The notes: generated by a model not told the origin, from the sequence alone. Shown: positions 10,846-19,208, counted from the first letter of the stretch. The stretch: 64,000 nt of DNA from Halarcobacter sp. (GCA_963676565.1 OY781089.1:1920001-1984000), one strand, 5' to 3'. Made by a program: numbers and translations.

Positions 10846-12582
10846 ATGAAGAAAACAATGGTAATTAAAAGGTTTTTTGCTTATTCTGAAGTTAATAATA
10901 AATATTTTAATGCAAACTTTATTGATGGAGTAAATATTGTTTATGGCAAAAATACTTCTGGGAAAAGTACACTCTTACAATCATTACTTTATACTTTTGG
11001 AATAAATGATGAGATAACAAAATTAAAAGATGTTTTAGATGAAAAAGTTATTTTTAGAATAGATTTTGATTTAGTTAGTGATAGCATAGAACATGTAAGT
11101 ATTGTTAGAGATGATGAGCTTATAATAATTAAAAGAGATAATATACCTATTAAGAAATTCATAGGTATAAGTGGTGATAAATCAGCGGAACATAAAGCTT
11201 TGAAGTTATATTTAGGAGAACTATTTAATTTTACTTTACATTTGGAAAGTTCTGGTGAATATAAACAAGCCTCTATAGAGTCTATGTTTTTACCTTATTA
11301 TGTGGCACAAGATGTGGGATGGGTATATAGACATAAATCATTTAGAGGATTGGATTTTATAAAAAACTTTAAAAGGGATTTTTTTGACTATTATTTAGGA
11401 ATCATTAATGATTATGATAGGGAAGAAAAAACTAAATTAGAAAAAGAAAAAGCTGAATTTGAAAATGAAATTAAGTTTTTATCTAATTTTGAAAGAAAAA
11501 GTGATGATATTTTATTATCTAAATTAAAGGATGAAAAATTTGTTATAGAAGCTAATAAATATATAGATGAATACACTAAAAACAAAACAGAACTAATAAA
11601 ACTTGAGAAGGATTATATTCTTAAATCAAATAAACTTTCTTATTTAGAAGAAAGAAAAAAAATTTTAAATAAAGTAAAAACTGCATTAAAGAAACAAGTT
11701 CCTTTAGAGTGTAATTGTCCTACATGTAATCAGAAATTACCTAATAACATTGAAGCAATATATACATATTATCAAAATATTAATGATAATAATAAACAAA
11801 TTAGTGATATCAATAAAAAAATAGAAGAATTAAAGAAGCTTAAAGGAACTATTAATTCCTTAGAAAAAAAGATTCAAGAATTAAAAACTTTAATTTTCAA
11901 AGATTATGAGATTTTATCAAAATATCAAATTGATGAATTAAGCTTTGAAACATGGATCACTAATAAAACTAATGTAAAATTATCTGAAAATATAGAACAA
12001 AAAATTGGAAAAATAGTAATTGAACTTGATAAAGTGGATGAGAAATTAAAAGCATTTAAAACTGATAAGGAAATATTGTCAGAACGTAGTAAAATGGATT
12101 ATAAGTTTAAAATTTATTTTGAACGATATCTTAAGGATTTAGGTGTTAAAGAGTTTGATAATGATAGGTTTCTTCTATTATACAAAATTCCTGCATTTCC
12201 AAGACAAGGTGTAGAACTTTTAAAAACCTTACTCGCTTATAATTTTGCATTTAATAAGATAATTGAAGAAACTAGTTATGTACATAGATTCCCCTTTTTA
12301 CTAGATGCAATTTTTGAGGGTGACTTTGAAGATGATAATAGAGAAAAAGTATTAAGTTTTATTAGTAAAAATTATCCATCTGATACTCAACTAATTTTTT
12401 CAATAGCTGACTCAAAAAACAATCAAATTTCAGTAAATGATTATAATGAAAAATTTTTTCATAAAAATGCTAGTCTTATATGTATTGGAAATAATGAAAA
12501 TGAGAGAGCTTTTTTAAGTAAATATCAAAATGAATTTGATGATTATTTGGATGAGACGTTAGAACTTATTAATTATATTTAA
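10846..12582 (+). CDS. Lamassu LmuB-like SMC/ABC ATPase
   Basis: Walker A GKNTSGKST, Q-loop YVAQD, coiled coil with CPTC hook, C-terminal LAY..A and FPFLLD Walker B. 1 bp gap from the upstream gene. Confidence 0.75.
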   Translation: MKKTMVIKRFFAYSEVNNKYFNANFIDGVNIVYGKNTSGKSTLLQSLLYTFGINDEITKLKDVLDEKVIFRIDFDLVSDSIEHVSIVRDDELIIIKRDNIPIKKFIGISGDKSAEHKALKLYLGELFNFTLHLESSGEYKQASIESMFLPYYVAQDVGWVYRHKSFRGLDFIKNFKRDFFDYYLGIINDYDREEKTKLEKEKAEFENEIKFLSNFERKSDDILLSKLKDEKFVIEANKYIDEYTKNKTELIKLEKDYILKSNKLSYLEERKKILNKVKTALKKQVPLECNCPTCNQKLPNNIEAIYTYYQNINDNNKQISDINKKIEELKKLKGTINSLEKKIQELKTLIFKDYEILSKYQIDELSFETWITNKTNVKLSENIEQKIGKIVIELDKVDEKLKAFKTDKEILSERSKMDYKFKIYFERYLKDLGVKEFDNDRFLLLYKIPAFPRQGVELLKTLLAYNFAFNKIIEETSYVHRFPFLLDAIFEGDFEDDNREKVLSFISKNYPSDTQLIFSIADSKNNQISVNDYNEKFFHKNASLICIGNNENERAFLSKYQNEFDDYLDETLELINYI

Positions 12583-12606
12583 GAAAATAGAAAATAGGGG
12601 TCAGGT

Positions 12607-12694
12607 GATAACGATAACTTTCTTTTAAATTAGATAGATTACAGTATTGCAAAGTGCAATATTTATAAGTAAAGATATTTTTTAATGTTATTAT
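12607..12694 (+). repeat. Imperfect ~88-bp intergenic direct repeat, copy 1
   Basis: gataacgataac...ttttaaattagatagattacagTATTGCAaagTGCAATA...atgttattat aligns with 16536-16620. Confidence 0.7.
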
Positions 12695-12766
12695 ATTTCA
12701 AAAGTTTTATAAACCATTTTCCTGACTTCGGGAACATGGTTATCAAATCCAATAAAAGGTTTTATT

Positions 12767-13165
12767 TTGGAACAAGATTATAACAACTGGAACAATATTA
12801 AAAAAGAAATTGCAAAAGATAATATATCTGTAGGATTTAAAAATAGAGATATATTTTATATGAATATGGGCAAAAATATTGGTTTTGAACAAGATGGCAA
12901 AGGTAAAAACTTTGTTCGTCCTGTAGTCGTTGTGAAAGGGTTCAATAAAAATATGTTTTTTGGTATTCCTTTATCTACAAAAATAAAAGAGGGTAAGTTT
13001 TATTATAGATTTTCATTTTATAAAAAAGATAAAGAAGTAGAAAATATTGCTTTGTTATCTCAAATGAGACTTTTCAGTACAAAAAGACTTTTAAATAAAA
13101 TTGGAATGATGAATATTGGGGATTTTAAAAATATGAAAAATAAATTTAAAGAATTGATAGATTAA
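12767..13165 (+). CDS. PemK/MazF-family endoribonuclease toxin, no adjacent protein antitoxin
   Basis: Motifs G.NIGFEQDG, RPVVVVK, GIPLST and LSQMRLFSTKRL..KIG. TTG start. Confidence 0.8.
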   Translation: MEQDYNNWNNIKKEIAKDNISVGFKNRDIFYMNMGKNIGFEQDGKGKNFVRPVVVVKGFNKNMFFGIPLSTKIKEGKFYYRFSFYKKDKEVENIALLSQMRLFSTKRLLNKIGMMNIGDFKNMKNKFKELID

Positions 13166-13259
13166 CCCCATCAAAAAGATGGGTCGTCCCGTAGGAATTT
13201 AGAATATGATTATAACACAAATTATAAATAAATGCAACAACAAACAAAGGTAAATTACA

Positions 13260-14735
13260 ATGAACCTATCTAAATCCCTCTACACAAAAGGTATCCAATG
13301 CCCCAAAGCACTTTGGCTTAAAAAATATAAGCCAAGTGTTCTAACACCACCAGATGAACAAGCCCAAGCTATATTTGAAACTGGAAATATAGTAGGGGAT
13401 TTAGCTTGCCAGCTTTTCCCTGATGGTAGGGAAGTGGCATATACTACAAGTTATGATGAGATGATATATACTACAAAAGAGTGGATGGAAGAGGGTGTAT
13501 CAAATATCTATGAAGCTACTTTTAGCTATGAGGGCATACTTATCATGGTAGATATTTTAAAAGTAGAAAGTGATGGTGTATCTATCTATGAGGTTAAAAG
13601 TTCTACTGAGGTAAAAGATATTTATATTCATGATGTATCTATTCAGTATTATGTTTTACAAAACTTAGGCTTTAGTATAAAAAGTGCAAGTGTAGTGCAT
13701 ATAAACAATGAGTATGTAAGATGTGAGTCTTTAGAGTTATACAAGCTTTTTAAGATAGTTGATGTCACAAGTGAAGTACAAAGCTTACAATCAAATATCC
13801 CAAATATATTAAAAGAGTTTGAAATCTATTTAGAAGATAAAGTAAATGAGCCAGATATAGATATAGGAAAACATTGTAATAAACCTTATGAGTGTGATGC
13901 TAAAAATTATTGTTGGAAAGTACAAAGGCAGATACCTGAGTACTCTATCTTTAATATTTTCAATCTAGGAAGTAAAAAGCAAGTGGAATTATACAATCAA
14001 GGTATCATAGATATAGAAGATATCCCAGTAGATTTTGATATGACTGCAAACCAAAAACAAGCAGTAGAAAACTACAAATCAAAAGCAAGCTATATAGACA
14101 AAGAAAATATCAAAGCCTTTTTAGAAAACCTCAGATATCCAATCTATCACTTAGACTTTGAAACCTACCAACAAGCCATACCACAATACAAAGGTATAAA
14201 ACCCTTCGAGCAAATCCCTTTTCAATACTCACTTCATATAGAGTATGAAGATGGTACTTTGGAGCATAAAGAGTATTTGAGTGAGGATAGTGTAGATAGT
14301 AGATATGAATTAGCACAAAAACTATGTGAAGATATCCCAAGTGATGTTACAGTATTAGCTTACAATATGAGTTTTGAAAAAGGTGTGATAAAAAGACTAG
14401 CAAACCTTTTCCCTGACCTAAGCTCACACCTACTAGCTATAAATGAAAATATGCAAGACCTAATGCTACCTTTCCAAAAAAAGTGGTATCTAACACCAAG
14501 TATGAAAGGAAGCTACTCTATAAAGTATGTATTACCAGCACTTGTACCAGAGTTTGAAAAAGCATATAAAGAGTTAGAAGGTGTACAAAATGGAAGCCAA
14601 GCTATGAATGCCTTTACAAATCTAAGTAAACTAGATGAGGTAAGTAAACAGAAGATGAGAACTTCACTTTTCGAGTATTGTAAACTTGATACGTTAGCTA
14701 TGGTGAAGATATTAAATAAATTGAAGGGAGTTTAA
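13260..14735 (+). CDS. DUF2779-type protein: N-terminal RecB/Cas4-like nuclease plus C-terminal RNase H-like/DnaQ exonuclease-like domain
   Basis: LSKS..CPK.LWL start, DIL...YEVKSS..D..IQYYV, Cys cluster HCNKPYEC...YCW, then HLDFET, AYN..FEK, SIKYVLP and YCKLDT. Confidence 0.8.
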   Translation: MNLSKSLYTKGIQCPKALWLKKYKPSVLTPPDEQAQAIFETGNIVGDLACQLFPDGREVAYTTSYDEMIYTTKEWMEEGVSNIYEATFSYEGILIMVDILKVESDGVSIYEVKSSTEVKDIYIHDVSIQYYVLQNLGFSIKSASVVHINNEYVRCESLELYKLFKIVDVTSEVQSLQSNIPNILKEFEIYLEDKVNEPDIDIGKHCNKPYECDAKNYCWKVQRQIPEYSIFNIFNLGSKKQVELYNQGIIDIEDIPVDFDMTANQKQAVENYKSKASYIDKENIKAFLENLRYPIYHLDFETYQQAIPQYKGIKPFEQIPFQYSLHIEYEDGTLEHKEYLSEDSVDSRYELAQKLCEDIPSDVTVLAYNMSFEKGVIKRLANLFPDLSSHLLAINENMQDLMLPFQKKWYLTPSMKGSYSIKYVLPALVPEFEKAYKELEGVQNGSQAMNAFTNLSKLDEVSKQKMRTSLFEYCKLDTLAMVKILNKLKGV

Positions 14736-14736
14736 A

Positions 14737-15153
14737 TTGGAAGAAAAAAAAGAAGAGAATAAAAATATTTTAGAAATAGAATGTCCCCATTGTAGTGAGG
14801 CAAATACAATAAAACTGTCAAATGAAATTAAATGTAAAAAATGTAATAAAACATTACAAGGATTTAAATATAAAAGTATTATATTAAGTGGATTAACAAC
14901 TTTAATTATAGGATCCGGAATTGGTGTTACAGCAGATGCTTATTTAAATATTAATAGAGCATCAGTTAAAACTGAATATAAGATGATGAAAACATGTATT
15001 AGTAATCATGGGAATTATAAAAGTGTAAGAGATAATTGTGCTTGTGCAGTTGAATCAATGCTTGGAGTTATAGATGCACAAAAAGCTAGACTTTATTCAG
15101 GTGAATGGTTAGAAAATATTTTAAATGAAAAATATAAAGATTGTAGGGACTAA
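14737..15153 (+). CDS. Hypothetical protein with zinc ribbon, one transmembrane segment and Cys-rich C-terminus
   Basis: CPHC...CKKC, hydrophobic stretch IILSGLTTLIIGSGIGV, later C..CAC..C. TTG start 1 bp after the previous gene. Confidence 0.6.
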   Translation: MEEKKEENKNILEIECPHCSEANTIKLSNEIKCKKCNKTLQGFKYKSIILSGLTTLIIGSGIGVTADAYLNINRASVKTEYKMMKTCISNHGNYKSVRDNCACAVESMLGVIDAQKARLYSGEWLENILNEKYKDCRD

Positions 15154-15482
15154 TCAAACCAATGTTCTGGTTTTTCATCATCTAAAAGTTCTTGAATAAA
15201 ATATGTTTCATTTAAGAACTTGTAAAAATCATTAAGTTGATTTATTGTTTCTCTTTGGAAATTTCTTTTTTCTTCTATGCCTTCTTTCCATCGTTCGATT
15301 TTTCTTTTTAAATTCTTTACTTCTGTATCTTCTTCAAGATGGATACTTAAATAAAATTTTGCAAAACCATATATATTGTTTGGTTCAAATTTATCTGTTT
15401 CTTGTATCTCTTTTTCAAATAAATTCCATAGATTTACAAATTCTTCATAATTAGAATTTTTTGTCCCCATTTTTGTCCCCAT
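15150..15482 (-). CDS. Small helical hypothetical protein, possibly a DNA-binding regulator, divergent from the peptide-Thg1 unit
   Basis: 110-aa ORF. The first 8 codons (MGTK MGTK) come from a 12-bp tandem repeat, so the true start is uncertain. Confidence 0.5.
   Translation of the reverse strand: MGTKMGTKNSNYEEFVNLWNLFEKEIQETDKFEPNNIYGFAKFYLSIHLEEDTEVKNLKRKIERWKEGIEEKRNFQRETINQLNDFYKFLNETYFIQELLDDEKPEHWFD
15459..15482 (+). repeat. 12-bp tandem direct repeat TTTTGTCCCCAT x2, candidate operator
   Basis: Exact copies at 15459-15470 and 15471-15482, with a GC-rich core in an AT-rich divergent promoter region. Confidence 0.7.
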
Positions 15483-15545
15483 AATAATTGTTAATATTCT
15501 AAATAGTTATTTAAATAATAACTAAAAAATCAAAAGGAGAAGATT

Positions 15546-15686
15546 ATGTCAAACAATAATCATAAAGCAAATCAAGGAAATTCAAACAAAGGTACAAGTG
15601 GTACAAATAGTGCCTATGCAAAAGTTCATGGAAATAGAGGTACCCAAATGAATCCAAATAATACAAAAGGTTCAAGGGGTAAATAA
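15546..15686 (+). CDS. Unannotated 46-aa Asn/Gly/Lys-rich peptide MSNNNHKANQGNSNKGTSGTNSAYAKVHGNRGTQMNPNNTKGSRGK
   Basis: RBS AAAGGAG (15533-15539) before ATG 15546. Its TAA overlaps the next ATG (TAATG), indicating translational coupling. Not in the ORF track. Confidence 0.8.
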   Translation: MSNNNHKANQGNSNKGTSGTNSAYAKVHGNRGTQMNPNNTKGSRGK

Positions 15687-16477
15687 TGGACTTAAATAAA
15701 GAGTTAGAAACATTATTTGAAAAGTATAAAAGAATTGAACACGAATCATTAAAAATTGATATAGTTCCAGATAATAAATTTTTAGTTGTAAGGCTTGATG
15801 GATTTAAAGTAACAAAAAACTATTTAAAAGATGTTATTGTAAATGAAAAACTTACGAATGCTATGAACTATTCAATTAATCAACTTTTTAAAAGGTTTAG
15901 AACTTATTTTACTAATGAATATTCTTCTTCAATAATAGGGACATTTTATGCAAACGATGAAGTTTCAATAATCCTCTCTAATAAAATGAATTTATCAAAA
16001 GATACTTATGGGCGAAACCTAGAAATAAAAAGAGTAATGAAAGTTTGTACAATATTTGCAGGAGCAATTTCATCATTTATGACAGAAAAAATGAATGAAA
16101 TTTTATATTTTGATGCAAGACCATTAATATTAAGTCAAAATGAACTTGGAGAATATATTTATTCAAGGCAATTAGTGGCTACTAGATATGCTTACTGGAA
16201 AATATTAAGATTAAATAATATAGAAGGATGGGAACAGGATTTTTATAAAAAAGATTTATTGAATTCTAAAAATAAAGTTAGTGAAATAGGTAAACGACAG
16301 GATGCGAATAAAATTATTAATTCATATTCTTATAATTTGATTGATAATAATATTAAACCTTCTTTTGTTTCATATAATCTATTCAAAAAGTATAACAATA
16401 GTGATGAAATTCAGAAATCAATTGATGAAAAAATTAATCAAATTATAATGTCAAGAGAGAAAATAGTGAAAATTTAA
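15686..16477 (+). CDS. Divergent Thg1-like (tRNA-His guanylyltransferase family) 3'-5' polymerase/nucleotidyltransferase
   Basis: Ordered Thg1 motifs: VVRLDG (D38), NDEVS (D91/E92), R..K (116-119), FDAR (142-145), Y...RQ (157-162). Confidence 0.75.
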   Translation: MDLNKELETLFEKYKRIEHESLKIDIVPDNKFLVVRLDGFKVTKNYLKDVIVNEKLTNAMNYSINQLFKRFRTYFTNEYSSSIIGTFYANDEVSIILSNKMNLSKDTYGRNLEIKRVMKVCTIFAGAISSFMTEKMNEILYFDARPLILSQNELGEYIYSRQLVATRYAYWKILRLNNIEGWEQDFYKKDLLNSKNKVSEIGKRQDANKIINSYSYNLIDNNIKPSFVSYNLFKKYNNSDEIQKSIDEKINQIIMSREKIVKI

Positions 16478-16535
16478 CTAGCTAACACCTCTGAGGATGA
16501 ATCTCCACTTTTACTAAGGAAGCTCTTAGTGAATA

Positions 16536-16620
16536 GATAGCGATGACTATTTTAAATTAATAGATTATGATATTGCAAAGTGTAATACTTTTTAATAAAA
16601 ATATTTTTTTATGTTATCAT
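16536..16620 (+). repeat. Imperfect intergenic direct repeat, copy 2
   Basis: gatagcgatgactattttaaattaatagattatgaTATTGCAaagTGTAATA...atgttatcat aligns with 12607-12694. Confidence 0.7.
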
Positions 16621-16683
16621 TTATGGATATTTCCTAAAAATAGAAAAACGATAAATATATTTATTTCAAAGTAGGGCAGTAAT

Positions 16684-17322
16684 ATGAATGAAGTAATAAT
16701 TGATGAAGATATAAAAAATAAAATCTATACTATAAGAGATATGCAAGTTATGCTTGATAGTGACTTAGCAAAACTTTATGATGTGGAATCTAAAAGACTT
16801 AATGAACAAGTAAAAAGAAATATTGCACGATTTCCCCAACAGTTTCGTTTTCAACTTACTGAAGAAGAATATCAAAACTTGAGGTCGCAATTTGCGACCT
16901 CAAGTTCAAATGATTCTTTAAGGTCGCAATTTGCGACCTTAGAAAATATGAGAGGAAAGCATAGGAAATATTTACCTTATGTATTTACAGAGCAGGGTGT
17001 TTCTATGCTTTCAGCAGTACTTAAAAGTGATAAAGCTATTGAGATAAGTATCCATATTATAAATAGTTTTGTTAAGATGAGACAATTTTTGTCACACAGT
17101 GGTGATGTATTTAAACGACTAGAATTAGTTGAAAAAAGGCAAATAACTTATGAAATAAAAACAGATAAAAAATTTGAAAATTCACATGATAGATTTTTGA
17201 TATTAGATGATAAAGAACTTTACCATATAGGAGCTAGTTTGAAAGATTTAGGTAAAAAGTGGTTTGCTTTTTCAAAGATGGATTTAAGAAGTTTTGATGT
17301 TTTAGAAAGGTTAGAAACTTGA
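16684..17322 (+). CDS. ORF6N (KilA-N-like) domain DNA-binding protein, probably internally deleted
   Basis: IYTIR..QVMLDSDLA.LY.VE...LNEQVKRN..RFP..F.FQLT and PYVFTEQGVSMLS motifs. C-terminal HDRFLILD...YHIGASLKDLGKKWF. Confidence 0.85.
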   Translation: MNEVIIDEDIKNKIYTIRDMQVMLDSDLAKLYDVESKRLNEQVKRNIARFPQQFRFQLTEEEYQNLRSQFATSSSNDSLRSQFATLENMRGKHRKYLPYVFTEQGVSMLSAVLKSDKAIEISIHIINSFVKMRQFLSHSGDVFKRLELVEKRQITYEIKTDKKFENSHDRFLILDDKELYHIGASLKDLGKKWFAFSKMDLRSFDVLERLET

Positions 17323-17350
17323 TACTTTGGCTATGGTGAAGATATTGAAG

Positions 17351-17376
17351 AAGTTGAAAATTGAAATTTTCAACTT
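17351..17376. terminator. Inverted repeat at the right edge of the accessory island
   Basis: AAGTTGAAAATT-ga-AATTTTCAACTT. Confidence 0.45.
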
Positions 17377-17453
17377 ACATTTTTAGGTAATGTTATTATA
17401 ATCTTCTTTTACTATAGTGCAAATATTATATTATGCTTTATATGGAGAAAAAT

Positions 17454-18446
17454 ATGAATAATAAAAAAATACCATTATCTGTATTAGATTTAATTCCAGT
17501 AGGTGAGGGCTTCACCATACCACAAGCTATTGAAAACAGTACAAAACTAGCCCAAGGGGTTGAAAAGTTTGGATTTACTCGTTATTGGGTTGCGGAACAT
17601 CACAATTTCCCAGGAATTGCTAGTGCCGCTACTTCTGTTGTCTTAAGTTATATTGGGTCACAAACTAAAAACATAAGAATAGGTTCGGGTGGGATTATGT
17701 TGCCCAATCACTCCCCTTTAGTTATTGCAGAGCAATTTGGTACTTTGGAGTCTTTATATCCAAATAGAATAGATTTAGGACTAGGTAGAGCTCCTGGTAC
17801 TGATAGACAAACAATGATGGCATTAAGACGAGATATTAATAATGATGATTTTCCTTCGATGCTTAAATATTTACAATACTATTTATCAGATGAAGCAGGT
17901 AAAAAAGGGATAAAAGCAATACCCGGATTCGGATTAGATATTCCTATTTGGTTACTTGGTTCTAGTACCTTTAGTGCACAATTAGCTGCCCAAAAAGGTT
18001 TACCTTTTGTTTTTGCTTCACACTTTGCACCTGATTTGATGGATGATGCTGTAAGAATATATAAACAAAACTTTAAACCATCTGCTCAACTAAAAGAGCC
18101 TTATGTAATGGTTTGTATCAATATTGTATGTGCAGACACAAATGAAGAAGCTCAATATTTAGCCACAACTGAACTTCAAAAATTTCTTTATCTTCATAGG
18201 GGAGACAATAAACAATTACCAAAACCAACAGAAGACATGAATAGCTTATGGGAAGAGTGGGAAGAACGAGGTATAAGACATAAAACAAGAGAGTCTATCT
18301 GGGGAACACCAGAATATGTTAAAGAAAGACTTGAACGTCTTATTGAAAGAACTGGTGCAAATGAAATCATGGTAAACTCAATGATACATGATCCAGATAA
18401 AAGAATAAAATCCTATGAACTTATCTCAAAAGTTTGGTTTGAGTAA
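17454..18446 (+). CDS. LLM-class flavin-dependent oxidoreductase (luciferase-like monooxygenase, YhbW type)
   Basis: LSVLDL, YWVAEHHN, IRIGSGGIMLPNH, RIDLGLGRAPG and WLLGSS motifs. Start placed at 17454 after GGAG. Confidence 0.9.
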   Translation: MNNKKIPLSVLDLIPVGEGFTIPQAIENSTKLAQGVEKFGFTRYWVAEHHNFPGIASAATSVVLSYIGSQTKNIRIGSGGIMLPNHSPLVIAEQFGTLESLYPNRIDLGLGRAPGTDRQTMMALRRDINNDDFPSMLKYLQYYLSDEAGKKGIKAIPGFGLDIPIWLLGSSTFSAQLAAQKGLPFVFASHFAPDLMDDAVRIYKQNFKPSAQLKEPYVMVCINIVCADTNEEAQYLATTELQKFLYLHRGDNKQLPKPTEDMNSLWEEWEERGIRHKTRESIWGTPEYVKERLERLIERTGANEIMVNSMIHDPDKRIKSYELISKVWFE

Positions 18447-18514
18447 TATTTGGACTAAAAGATAACAAAAGCTTTAAAACTAATTATAATATACTTCCAT
18501 AAAAAAGGATTTAG

Positions 18515-18796
18515 ATGGCAAAAGCGACTGCTAGGCATATCTTATTAAACAACGAAAAACTAGCTAGAAAACTAAAAAAAGAGATTATCAAAAATGAAAT
18601 CACTTTTGAAAAAGCTGCTAAAAAATTCTCAAAATGCCCTTCAAAAAAAAGTGGGGGAAACTTAGGTACTTTTTCAAAAGGTGAGATGGTAAAAGAGTTT
18701 GACACTATTGTATTCAAAGAGGATTTAAATAGAATTCATGGACCCATCAAAACTGAGTTTGGGTTTCATTTAATTGAGATTTTAGCTAGATACTAA
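18515..18796 (+). CDS. ppiC: Parvulin-type peptidyl-prolyl isomerase
   Basis: ATARHIL, FSKCPS..SGGNLG, GEMVKEF and GPIKTEFGFHLI motifs. Confidence 0.9.
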   Translation: MAKATARHILLNNEKLARKLKKEIIKNEITFEKAAKKFSKCPSKKSGGNLGTFSKGEMVKEFDTIVFKEDLNRIHGPIKTEFGFHLIEILARY

Positions 18797-18849
18797 TCAA
18801 AAAATATATTATATTTTAGATAACATACAAAAAAATTTAGGAACATTTT

Positions 18850-19155
18850 ATGGCAAAATTTATAAAACTAAAACTTGAAGAGACTTATCAAATCCCAGAT
18901 AAATGGGAACTTGTTACAAATGAAGAAGGAATAACTAAAATAAAAGTATCAGAAAATGAATATTATGACTTTGGATCTATTCCTTATTGTTCACCTTCTT
19001 TAGAATCTGATGAAGAGATGATGTTATTACCAGAAGAATATCTTGAGGTTCAAAGTAAAGGTTTAGAGTTGATTATGGCTGATGGTAATGTATCTGTAAT
19101 TGAAGATGAAAATGAGATAAAAGAGATACTTGATTCTGATGATGAAGAGCTTTAA
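18850..19155 (+). CDS. Acidic hypothetical protein
   Basis: 101-aa ORF with AGGA RBS. No motif recognised. Confidence 0.6.
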   Translation: MAKFIKLKLEETYQIPDKWELVTNEEGITKIKVSENEYYDFGSIPYCSPSLESDEEMMLLPEEYLEVQSKGLELIMADGNVSVIEDENEIKEILDSDDEEL

Positions 19156-19183
19156 TATTTAGAAAGTAAATAAAGAAGAAAAC

Positions 19184-19208
19184 ATAAAATAGGAAAATCC
19201 TATTTTAT
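19184..19208. terminator. Bidirectional terminator-like hairpin
   Basis: ATAAAATAGGA-aaa-TCCTATTTTAT between convergent genes. Confidence 0.6.

Noticed and set aside
16478..16535. Integron attC-like site after the Thg1-like gene (GCTAAC...)
   Set aside because: Does not fit RYYYAAC...GTTRRRY with a complementary end, and there is no intI. Only a weak hairpin is present.
5101..17400. Integrative element or prophage at tRNA-Glu
   Set aside because: No integrase, transposase or phage gene, and I found no duplicate of the tRNA 3' end. Treated only as an accessory hotspot.
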